The notes beneath the pieces are model-generated. The model was not told the DNA's origin. It saw nothing but the letters and a program-made list of their open reading frames with translations, and did no database searches. A program made the translations under genes and the position numbers. A stretch of 62,612 nt of DNA, counting the filler, from Nemertoderma westbladi (taxonomy: Eukaryota; Animalia; Xenacoelomorpha), in assembly GCA_032718475.1 (NCBI GenBank). It is 3 parts of 3 records of this genome, joined end to end, with 100 filler letters (N's around TTAATTAATTAA, not from the genome) between each part and the next. Parts side by side here need not be neighbours in the genome. Positions count along the whole stretch, not along the records: positions 49,488 to 62,612 come from JAUCBJ010004079.1; 2 more parts are not named here. One strand, written 5' to 3'. Shown here in pieces: positions 52,401 through 62,612 of this stretch; positions within the stretch are counted from its first letter, which is position 1; the number at the start of each line of letters is the position of its first letter.

Positions 52401-53916
52401 CTAGTAACCCAACGATTATGGCCAACCCAAAGTACAGGAAGTTGTCTACTGTAACAACATCGTCATCCTTGGATCTCTCAACACAAAACATAGATTGACC
52501 AGAATTGTTACCAATAAAGCTATACGATTTTCTTTGATTGTTAATCTTATTATTTAACTTTATAGTTGTCTCAACAGCTCTTCGTCTTCTACGAGATAAA
52601 GGAATGTTTGGTGCTGAGAAGTAGGAGACATTCGTATCGAGGTAAACCCGACCTCCCGCTGTAATCACTTCGTTCTCCGTAAAGTTCGCGTAGTAATGTA
52701 TTCGCATTACGTTATCCGGTAAAGACGATGATATGATTTTTATTTTGGCCCTAATTATCGAACCGAATTTCTCCATTGTTTTGGGTTCCAATAGATTTGT
52801 TTCATTTATAACAAACAAATCGGTGGTATTGTCGTTAACAACAACATCAAAAGCATCCGCACCTTCGTTCACTATATCTAAGGTAATCGAAGCTGTGTAA
52901 TCAGTTACTGTTGCTTTTTTGATGACATGGATCGAAGGTCTGGCTATTCTAATTTTAAATTTGGAAAGTTCCAAGGGACTTTTACCTGTTGCTTTGAGAA
53001 CAGCCTGTATTGTAAAAGTATCAGTATTACCGATTTCAGCGTTAGAATCTATTAGATAGCCAATGTAGATAGGGAAGTTGAATGTTCCAGTGTAGCTGTA
53101 GACGATGTTATTGATACTTGGTGATGTTGATGTAACATGATTTCCGTGGATAGTTCCACCAGAATCTACTATGAACTCGACTTTGATGGGAATTTTATCC
53201 CAACCTACAATAACATCCAACTCGTCAGCTACGTAACTCCCAGAGACATGTTTAGTTACCATAGCAATACGCAGGTTCCCGGGTCCCACAACCCCTGAGT
53301 CGTCGCCGTGGTAACTGTAGGGGTAGGCTTTTCCATTGGGTGGTTTTATAAGGAGGTCAGTCCAGGGTTGGGCGGGTTCAAATAGGTACTGAACGCCTTT
53401 ATAATCTATCGAAATCGAACTATATTCAGTTGGTAATGTTGAGTCACTGGAGGTTAAAATGAAATTGAAAACAATTTTTTTTAATTCCGGGTCAAAGGAT
53501 TTAGCGAGATTAATGATTGCTGGGTCTATCTTTAAACCCGTTAATTCGAATAAGAATGTACCAACCGGATTCGGAGTTGTTTGGAATAATATCGCCTCCC
53601 CATTGGATGAAAGGCTTTTAGTAAATAGGTTGTTACCGTCGCCAATAGTTACCAGTTGTTTCTTGCAGTATGATTTACATTGCGGGCAGTAAACTAAAGG
53701 GCCTTCAGTGCACGAGTAATTGGGTACCTCGACTTCGGGGATATATATTGTAGCTGTAAGAACGCCACCGGTTTCTTTACAATCAAATGAAACTTTAAAT
53801 GAGTCTTCTATGTTGATATCAGTTTTAGAAACTCCAGGCTGTATTGTTCCAGAACAGGAATAAATAATGGCAGTTTCTATGATAAATATTAAATTTATAG
53901 TTCGAAGTGAAAACAT
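49488..53916 (-). CDS. EVC2: EVC2/limbin-like type I membrane coiled-coil ciliary protein; intronless; C-terminus truncated by the contig end
   Basis: Uninterrupted 1476 codons: signal peptide, beta-rich ectodomain, TM at about aa 493-521, then about 950 aa of coiled coil. ELSEVHADRLNNEYSMVVSDIERVIDEFLASARYSL and EVLELKDKFDKDRKNKEKELH match my recollection of vertebrate EVC2 (ELKPEAAKMLLQNYSKIQENVEELMDFFQASKRYHL; EVFSIKQKLDNDLKQEKKKLH). The alignment is from memory, not computed. Confidence 0.8.
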
Positions 53917-54018
53917 ATTTATTGCAGTTCAAATTTTAATTATCTCAAGTTTAAAACTATTAATAAAATTAATATATTTTTCGAAATTTGTACAGTAAGT
54001 GAGTTTACTTTCAATATC

Positions 54019-54032
54019 GTAACCATGGTGAG
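54019..54032. promoter_or_regulatory. Imperfect RFX X-box about 100 bp upstream of the EVC2-like ATG
   Basis: GTAACCATGGTGAG versus consensus GTNRCCATGGNAAC: one good half-site, one degenerate. Confidence 0.35.
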
Positions 54033-54183
54033 TAAATAATACCGGTATTCGAATTTCCAATTAAACTAATAATCGTAATAAAACTTAATTCAGACTAATA
54101 TGTAGTAAACTATATTTAGCGAAATATTATTCCACTAATTCATTCAGTTGCCTAATTTTGTTGCTAATTTGATTTCTTGTTTC

Positions 54184-54586
54184 GGTAGGCAGCAAACTTC
54201 GCCCGCGAGAAAATCTTCGCACTCAAAATGAGCAACTATCGCCCGTCGAAAACCTTCGCCCGCAGGCAATCATCGCCCGCGAGCAACCTTCGTTCAATTA
54301 ACAATTATTGTTATGGTTAGAAAAAGCCTTCTCTGTAACCTGCTCCTTTCCCTCAATTTGTAACTAAAATGGTTACTACCACAAATCGTATTGAGCGAAG
54401 GTTGCTCGCGGACGAAGATTGCCTTGCCGGCGAAGGTTTCTCCCGGGCGAGTGTTGGACGCGGGCGAAGATTGCCTTATGGGCGAAGGTTTCCCCGGGGC
54501 GAGTGTTGGGCGCGGGCGAAGATTGCCTTAAGGGCGAAGGTTTCACCCGGGCGAGGGTTGGACCCGGGCGAAGATTGCACCCACCC
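54184..54586. mobile_element. Foldback-type MITE with tandem sub-repeats in its arms
   Basis: Left arm has repeated (A/C)TTCGCCC and right arm has repeated GGGCGAAG. Imperfect termini GGTAGGCAGCAAACTTCGCCC / GGGCGAAGATTGCACCCACC around an AT-rich spacer; no clear TSD. Confidence 0.7.
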
Positions 54587-55246
54587 ATTGATTCTGTTAC
54601 ATCGAAATATATCATTATAATAGATAATAATTACGCGAACTTTAACTTTTTGTAAGTTTAATCTTCACTCAATGTCCTGAGTAGCAAATTTTATTGAGTC
54701 AGCTGTGGATTGTTGCTGCATCTAGGCTGTAATCGATCTCTCATATGCTGGTAAGGGGTTCTTTCGACCAACATGCATCCCTCTCAAGGGGAAAATCGGC
54801 GCAAATAACAGCTGATTAGTCCCTGAATCATAACTGTAACCTGTTATTGAATTTGTGTTTATGTTTTGGTTAGAATAAGGTGACACTGTAACCTGCTCAT
54901 TTCCCTTATTTTATAATTATTTAATAATTTTAATATTAATTCCCGAGGTCCCACACCCACCCCCTGTCTTCTTACATGAGCTCAATTTCCAACATTGCCT
55001 TAATAAATCTAATTTTACAACAAAACTGAAACTAAAATTGGTAAAGTTAATCTCCGTTTTGGTTACTAAATTGACATTTGCCATTTCTTGCGCATAATTT
55101 ATTGTTAGAGAAAAATATTATTAACGACAATTATTATAATTTATTATGAAAACATTTCCCACCAATAATTAATTACTAATTTATCCAATAATGTTGACAA
55201 AGGTATCATTGAACGTAACCCGCTGCAATGTATAGAAGTTATATTG

Positions 55247-55259
55247 GTTGCTAGGCGAC
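55247..55259. promoter_or_regulatory. RFX X-box-like motif
   Basis: GTTGCTAGGCGAC (rc GTCGCCTAGCAAC), overlapping an inverted CCAAT box (ATTGG 55243-47), 1.33 kb upstream of a ciliary gene. Confidence 0.5.
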
Positions 55260-55510
55260 AATTAAACAACTTGTATCAGTTAATTCAATAAGCAATTTGG
55301 CAGTGCCATACCAACTAACTAATTAAACTCCATCCATCCATTATTTTCATGAATGGCGCGCCCAATACTTGATTTATGTAGGCCTAAGCTATATATATAT
55401 ATAGTTGTTTGCTCTATGTTGTACGTTGTGTATGTTGTGTACGTTGTTATGAGCTATATTTGTTCTATGGGGGAACAATTTGTGTACGAGCAATATTGAA
55501 CAAGAAGCAA

Positions 55511-55582
55511 TTTTGTCGATAAGCCGGCACAGCATTCTTAAACATGCAGCTGCAATGCAGCATGCCGATCCTAGTAGTAGTA
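55511..55582 (+). mobile_element. Ultra-short RTE 3'-end insertion
   Basis: Last ~60 nt of the RTE family plus (TAG)n; 13-bp TSD GAACAAGAAGCAA (55498-55510, 55583-55595). Confidence 0.9.
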
Positions 55583-55730
55583 GAACAAGAAGCAACCAAA
55601 CAGTCTGGTTGAAAGACGGATAATTTAAGGGCCCAAAATCTCTACTTTTTTAAGTTTTTCTCCTGTAATTTTCGGAGAAAATAGCGATCTTTTCAAATAG
55701 CTCGGTTAGTTAAGCATATTGGTAATAGGT

Positions 55731-55774
55731 TAACTCAGCCTTTCATCCCCTGGGATTGAAAAATGATCACCAGT
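55731..55774 (+). mobile_element. SINE core-domain fragment
   Basis: AACTCAGCCTTTCATCCCCTGGGATTGAAAAATGATCACCAG resembles the core of the SINE at 46000-46264. Confidence 0.5.
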
Positions 55775-55801
55775 TGAATTATTATTGAGAGCGAAACTTG
55801 T

Positions 55802-58800
55802 GATAGGAGTAGCACCCACCCCTACCTTCGGGTAGCAGATAGGAGTAGCACCCACCCCTACCTTCGGGTAGCAGATAGGAGTAGCGACCACCCCTACCTT
55901 CGGGTAGCAGATAGGAGTAGCGACCACCCCTACCTTCGGGTAGCAGATAGGAGTAGCGACCACCCCTACCTTCGGGTAGCAGATAGGAGTAGCGACCACC
56001 CCTACCTTCGGGTAGCAGATAGGAGTAGCGACCACCCCTACCTTCGGGTAGCAGATAGGAGTAGCGACCACCCCTACCTTCGGGTAGCAGATAGGAGTAG
56101 CGACCACCCCTACCTTCGGGTAGCAGATAGGAGTAGCGACCACCCCTACCTTCGGGTAGCAGATAGGAGTAGCGACCACCCCTACCTTCGGGTAGCAGAT
56201 AGGAGTAGTGCCAACCCCCACCTTCGGGTAGCAGATAGGAGTAGCGCCCACCCCTACCTTCGGGTAGCAGATAGGAGTTGCGACCACCCCTACCTTCGGG
56301 TAGCAGATAGGAGTAGCGCCCACCCCTACCTTCGGGTAGCAGATAGGAGTAGCGCCCACCCCTACCTTCGGGTAGCAGATAGGAGTAGCGCCCACCCCTA
56401 CCTTAGGGTAGCAGATAGGAGTAGCGCCCACCCCTACCTTCGGGTAGCAGATAGGAGTAGCGCCCACCCCTACCTTCGGGTAGCAGATAGGAGTAGCGAC
56501 CACCCCTACCTTAGGGTAGCAGATAGGAGTAGCGCCCACCCCTACCTTCGGGTAGCAGATAGGAGTAGCGCCCACCCCTACCTTCGGGTAGCAGATAGGA
56601 GTAGCGACCACCCCTACCTTCGGGTAGCAGATAGGAGTAGCGCCCACCCCTACCGTCGCGTAGCAGATAGGAGTAGCGCCAACCCCCACCTCCGGGTAGC
56701 AGATAGGAGTAGCACCCACCCCTACCTTCGCGTAGCAGATAGGAGTAGCGCCAACCCCCACTTTCGGGTAGCAGATAGGAGTAGCGACAACCCCTACCTT
56801 ATGGTAGCAGATAGGAGTAGCGCCCACCCCTACCTTCGCGTAGCAGATAGGAGTAGCGCCAACCCCCACCTTCGGGTAGCAGATAGGAGTAACACCCACC
56901 CCTACCTTCGGGTAGCAGATAGGAGTAGCGACCACCTCTACCTTAGGGTAGCAGATAGGAATATCGCCCACCCCTACCTTCGGGTAGCAGATAGGAGTAG
57001 CGACCACCCCTACCTTAGGGTAGCAGATAGGAGTAGCGCTCACCCCTACCTTCGGGTAGCAGATAGGAGTAGCGCCCACCCCTACCTTCGGATAGCAGAT
57101 AGAAGTAGCGCCCACCTCTACCTTCGGGTAGCAGATAGGAGTAGCGCCCACCTCTACCTTCGGGTAGCATATAGGAGTAGCGCCCACCCCCACCCTAGGG
57201 TAGCAGATAGGAGTAGCGCCCACCCTTACCCTCGGGTAGCAGATAGGAGTAGCGCTCACCCCTAACCCTCGGGTAGCAGATAGGAGTAGCGCCCTCCCCC
57301 ACCTTTGGGTAGCAGATAGGAGTAGCGACCACCTCTACCTTAGGGTAGCAGATAGGAGTAGCGCCCACCCATACCTTCGGGTAGCAGATAGGAGTAGCGA
57401 CCACCCCTACCTTAGGGTAGCAGATAGGAGTAGCCCCCACCCTTATACCTTCGGGTAGCAGATAGGAGTAGCACCCACCCCTACCTTCGGGTAGCAGATA
57501 GGAGTAACGACCACCCCTACCTTATGGTAGCAGATAGGAGTAGCGCCCACCCCTACCTTCGGGTAGCAGATAGGAGTAGCGCCAACCCCCACCTTCGGGT
57601 AGCAGATAGGAGTAACGACCACCCCTACCTTATGGTAGCAGATAGGAGTAGCACCCACCCCTACCTTCGGGTAGCAGATAGGAGTAACGACCACCCCTAC
57701 CTTATGGTAGCAGATAGGAGTAGCACCCACCCCTACCTTCGGGTAGCAGATAGGAGTAACGACCACCGCTACCTTATGGTAGCAGATAGGAGTAGCGCCC
57801 ACCCCTACATTCGGGTAGCAGATAGGAGTAGCGCCCACCTCTACCTTCGGGTAGCAGATAGGAGTAGCGCCCACCTCTACCTTCGGGTAGCAGATAGGAG
57901 TAGCGCCCACCCCCACCCTAGGGTAGCAGATAGGAGTAGCGCCCACCCCTACCTTCGGGTAGCAGATAGGAGTAGCGCCCACCCTTACCCTCGGGTAGCA
58001 GATAGGATTAGCGCTCACCCCTAACCCTCGGGTAGCAGATAGGAGTAGCGCCCTCCCCTACCTTTGGGTAGCAGATAGGAGTAGCGACCACCTCTACCTT
58101 AGGGTAGCAGATAGGAGTAGCGCCCACCCATACCTTCGGGTAGCAGATAGGAGTAGCGACCACCCCTACCTTAGGGTAGCAGATAGGAGTAGCCCCCACC
58201 CTTATACCTTCGGGTAGCAGATAGGAGTAGCACCCACCCCTACCTTCGGGTAGCAGATAGGAGTAACGACCACCCCTACCTTATGGTAGCAGATAGGAGT
58301 AGCGCCCAACCCTACCTTCGGGTAGCAGATAAGAGTAGCGCCAACCCCCACCTTCGGGTAGCAGATAGGAGTAACGACCACCCCTACCTTATGGTAGCAG
58401 ATAGGAGCAGCACCCACCCCTACCTTCGGGTAGCAGATAGGAGTAACGACCACCCCTACCTTATGGTAGCAGATAGGAGTAGCGCCCACCCCTACCTTCG
58501 CGTAGCAGATAGGAGTAGCGCCAACCCCCACCTTCGGGTAGCAGATAGGAGTAGCACCCACCCCTACCTTCGGGTAGCAGATAGGAGTAGCGACCACCTC
58601 TACCTTAGGGTAGCAGATAGGAGTAGCGCCCACCCCTACCTTCGGGTAGCAGATAGGAGTAGCGACCACCCCTACCTTAGGGTAGCAGATAGGAGTAGCG
58701 CTCACCCCTACCTTCGGGTAGCAGATAGGAGTAGCGCCCACCCCTACCTTCGGATAGCAGATAGGAGTAGCGCCCACCTCTACCTTCGGGTAGCAGATAG

Positions 58801-59852
58801 GAGTAGCGCCCACCTCTACCTTCGGGTAGCAGATAGGAGTAGCTCCCACCCCCACCCTAGGGTAGCAGATAGGAGTAGCGCCCACCCCTACCTTCGGGTA
58901 GCAGATAGGAGTAGCGCCCACCCTTACCCTCGGGTAGCAGATAGGAGTAGCGCTCACCCCTAACCCTCGGGTAGCATATAGGAGTAGCGCCTTCCCTTAC
59001 CTTCGGGTAGCAGGTAGGAGTAGAGCCCACCCCTACCTCCGGGTAGCAGATAGGAGTAGCGCCCACCCTTACCTTCGGGTAGCAGGTAGGAGTAGAGCCC
59101 ACCCCTACCTCCGGGTAGCAGATAGGAGTAGCGCCCACCCCTACATTCGGGTAGCATATAGGAGTAGCGCCACCCTTACCTTCGGGTAGCAGGTAGGAGT
59201 AGCGCCCACCCCTACCTTCGGGTAGCAGGTAGGAGTAGCGCCCACCCCTACCTTCGGGTAGCAGATAGGAGTAGCACCCACCCCTACCTTCGGGTAGCAG
59301 ATAGGAGTAGCGACCACCTCTACCTTAGGGTATCAGATAGGAGTAGCGCCCACCCCTACCTTCGGGTAGCAGATAGGAGTAGCGACCACCCCTACCTTAG
59401 GGTAGCAGATAGGAGTAGCGCTCACCCCTACCTTCGGGTAGCAGATAGGAGTAGCGCCCACCTCTACCTTCGGGTAGCAGATAGGAGTAGAGCCCACCTC
59501 TACCTTCGGGTAGCAGATAGGAGTAGCTCCCACCCCCACCCTAGGGTAGCAGATGGGAGTAGCGCCCACCCCTACCTTCGGGTAGCAGATAGGAGTAGCG
59601 CCCACCCTTACCCTCGGGTAGCAGATAGGAGTAGCGCTCACCCCTAACCCTCGGGTAGCAGGTAGGAGTAGAGCCCACCCCTACCTCCGGGTAGCAGATA
59701 GGAGTAGCGCCCACCCTTACCTTCGGGTAGCAGGTAGGAGTAGAGCCCACCCCTACCTCCGGGTAGCAGATAGGAGTAGCGCCCACCCCTACATTCGGGT
59801 AGCATATAGGAGTAGCGCCACCCTTACCTTCGGGTAGCAGGTAGGAGTAGCG
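55802..59852. repeat. 36-bp GC-rich minisatellite, about 112 copies, with higher-order block duplications
   Basis: Unit GGGTAGCAGATAGGAGTAGCGCCCACCCCTACCTTC; 12-aa periodic ORFs. Variant blocks recur (for example near 57200-57440 and 57960-58200, 759 bp apart). Confidence 0.97.
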
Positions 59853-61015
59853 TGGAATAATTGGTGACACTGGCAATGTTCGCGTTCTTCTACTTTCAGG
59901 CTATGCTCCAGACTCTAACAAAAACATTCAAAGTTATAATGAGCATCTTGGTCGCCTTACTGCCTTAATCGCCATGTACCCAGTGGCAATCCCTATCATT
60001 ATGATGGATGCTAACGCGGACTTAGGGTCTGAACAAGGACCACGATTTCACAGACCCAATGCAACAGACCGCGGTCTCATTCTGAACAACTTCCTACTCA
60101 ACCACAATCTTACAGCTATAGACACACTTGACAACGTGGCAGGACCAGCATATACTTATATTGGGGGTGGTCATCGGAGTTATATCGACCACATTGTGAT
60201 GCCTATCAATGGTCCATTTAAAGTCATAGGGGGATACATCATAGAACACGACGAAGCAGAAAATTTTTCTGATCATCTACCAATCGTGATTTCAATCAAC
60301 TGTGACGTTGCAAAGGAAGGGTTGGTGGAACAAACTGCTACAAAACAGACGCCTATACGATTTAACTGGAGAAGCGCATCCAAAAAACAGAAAGACCAGT
60401 ACTATCGAACCTTAGATAATCACCTTGAGGGGATGGCATTACTCGCTATCGACACCATAGACGACCTCAATACTCTTGCCAACAACATTAACTCTGCGTT
60501 ACACAAATCAGCACTTGAATCTATTAATGTAATAAAAAAGAAAAGGACAACCAAAAATTATAGAATACGCTCAGCTACTCTTTCGGAACGATGCCGAACC
60601 ACCCGCAGCCTGTACAACCTATGGGTCAATAATGGGAAAGATCCTAACGATGAGGTGGGGATCGCCTTCAAACAGTCCAAACGCGGAGTACGACAACTAA
60701 AAAATTCACTTATGAAGACACACGTTGCAAGATCGGTCGGTGAAGTAACTCACAAGCTGAAGTGCAACCCAAAGGGTTTCTGGCGTAAATTTTCAAACAA
60801 GGGAACTTCAAGTACACCACCAACTCAGATTCAGGAACAAATACGTCAGTCATATAGGGACAGAATTACAAGAAACGTTACTAGTACTACCAATATCACC
60901 GATAATTTGGACAGACAATGCAAGAATACTACTATGCCTACCATATCTGAAGAAACTATAAGGAAATCTATTCTATCTTTATCGGTAGGGAAGTCGCCGG
61001 ACCTCAATTCTATAA

Positions 61016-61055
<40 letters not shown>

Positions 61056-62389
61056 TAATATACAAGGGCTTCCTTGAGAATATCCTTCCAAGAAACGACT
61101 ATCAGTTAGCATATAAAGAACAAGTGGGATGCGAGGCTGCCATCGGTTTGATACTGGAATGTATACAACACTTTAGTGAACTAGGATCAGGTCTGTATAT
61201 GTGCCAACTTGATATCAAATCCGCTTTTGACGAAGTTGACCACGCAGTTCTCTTCGAGAAGTTATCAGGAATTATAAACCCATTCATTTGCCGTCTACTG
61301 GTTCATTACTACAGCATCGCCATGGTGTACCTCAAGTTTGGAAATCTGATAGATGTGGTTGGCATAAATATGCCTAGAGGGATCATGCAAGGATCATTAC
61401 TGTCACCATGCTTATTTAATCTTTACACCATCAGCGTCATGCAGTCGCTAACTGAATCCGGACTGGGGTGCATGATCAACGATATCTGGTTCGGCTGCAT
61501 AATGTATGCTGATGATGTTTTTCTTTTAGCCACTACAATACAGGAAATAGAACTCATGTCAAATATACTGAACATGGGGCTCGATAAGTTACAACTAATG
61601 TTCGAGCCGTCTAAATGTCACTGGATGTACAGCGAAGCTAACAACAACACTTACATACCGTGTTTCCTCAATATTAATGGGCAGCTAATACCGGAAAGTC
61701 AGACAATCGAGTTCCTGGGCTACACTCTTTCTTCCAACAAAACTAGCGCACACGCTGCCGCAGAGTGCACTCAGCATATATGGAAAATGGGAGGAATTTT
61801 TCAACAGAAAGGGTGGACATCGCAATGGTTAGATACCGAAACATTATCATATCTCTGGAAGTCACTTGTAATCCCAAGCTTGACATACAAGCTGAAGTAT
61901 ACGATTGGTAACCTGAGCAAGAATGACATATCTCGTATCGATTCAGCATATAGACAGGCTCTACGCCGACTTCTGCATGTTGGAGTATATATAAACAACG
62001 ACACATTATACGAACTCCTGAATATTTTGCCTCTCAGCACCATGGCCTATCGTGGCGCCGTGTCAACATTATTGCAAATACTTAGATGCCCTATATTCAC
62101 CTTACAAACTAGCTTCCGGTACATTGCTTTGGATAATGCGATATCCCGCACGTTATACAGGGGCCTCATGAGCACCTACAGACGAGCAAAGGAAACTCAC
62201 CAAATCCCTTCCATGTGGTCTATACTAACATGTGAATATGACAAACGTGCACTTTTGACAGGACTTCAAACTGGCAATAGCTCGCTTGACGACATAATCT
62301 GTGCTAATTTTGTAAAGAATTGCTATGATCTGCACGGAGTAACTTTTAAAACTAAACATAATAGAATACTACAATTTTACGGATTTTAA
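59851..62389 (+). mobile_element. APE-RT non-LTR retrotransposon (RTEX-like), 5'-truncated, with an internal deletion and A-tract
   Basis: APE motifs GYAP, MDANAD, YTY, SYIDHIV, SDHLPI; RT motifs LDIKSAFDEV, GIMQGSLLSP, MYADD, EFLGY. Frame break at the A36 tract (61017-61052). The clade is inferred. Confidence 0.85.
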
Positions 62390-62612
62390 GTTTGTTCCTT
62401 TATTGCATACTCTTAATTGGGGTTAATTCGAACCGTATACAAACTTATATATAACGATATCTATTTGATTAATGTTAATTATAACGTGTCGTCCCTATGC
62501 TATACTAACCCTACCCAACATTGATTGTATAATCACTGGTGCCATTTTTAAGCTTTATTTTTAGCCAACTATTGACTTATATTTTATTTAATAATTTAGT
62601 AGTGATGTTGAT

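Noticed and set aside
54686-54820. Possible hammerhead or structured RNA bounded by TCAGCTGT/ACAGCTGA
   Set aside because: The CTGANGA core is not intact on either strand; insufficient support.
55730-59876. VGVGATPICYPK / VADRSSAHPYLR repeat-protein ORFs
   Set aside because: By-products of a 36-bp stop-free unit; several frameshifts, no unique N- or C-terminal domain, and both synonymous and non-synonymous variants.

Overview
AT-rich, repeat-dense animal (invertebrate-type) genomic DNA. It is three separate contigs (1-23294, 23395-49387, 49488-62612) joined by artificial 100-nt spacers (N44-TTAATTAATTAA-N44), so adjacency across spacers means nothing. Only one host gene is recognisable: an intronless, 3'-truncated EVC2/limbin-like ciliary membrane protein (minus strand, at least 1476 codons) with RFX X-box-like motifs upstream. 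The rest is mobile and tandem DNA. This includes many RTE LINE pieces with (TAG)n tails, one carrying a nested 1.4-kb foldback hAT-like element, plus RTEX-like, L2/Crack-like and CRE-like LINE fragments. There is also a decayed Kolobok-type transposase with a tRNA-derived SINE inside, several MITEs, a HINE-like element, a 15.8-kb 60-bp satellite, and 39-bp and 36-bp minisatellites. The most striking item is a 421-bp Transib/RAG-like MITE with a 5-bp TSD whose ends mimic a V(D)J RSS pair (heptamer, 12 versus 22-bp spacer, shared A-rich motif). Also notable are a duplicated 118-nt conserved core that could be a spliced-leader-like RNA, a CRE endonuclease fragment enclosed by TIRs, and CTCF-like motifs phased about every 147 bp. 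All family assignments come from motif recognition by eye; no searches were run.
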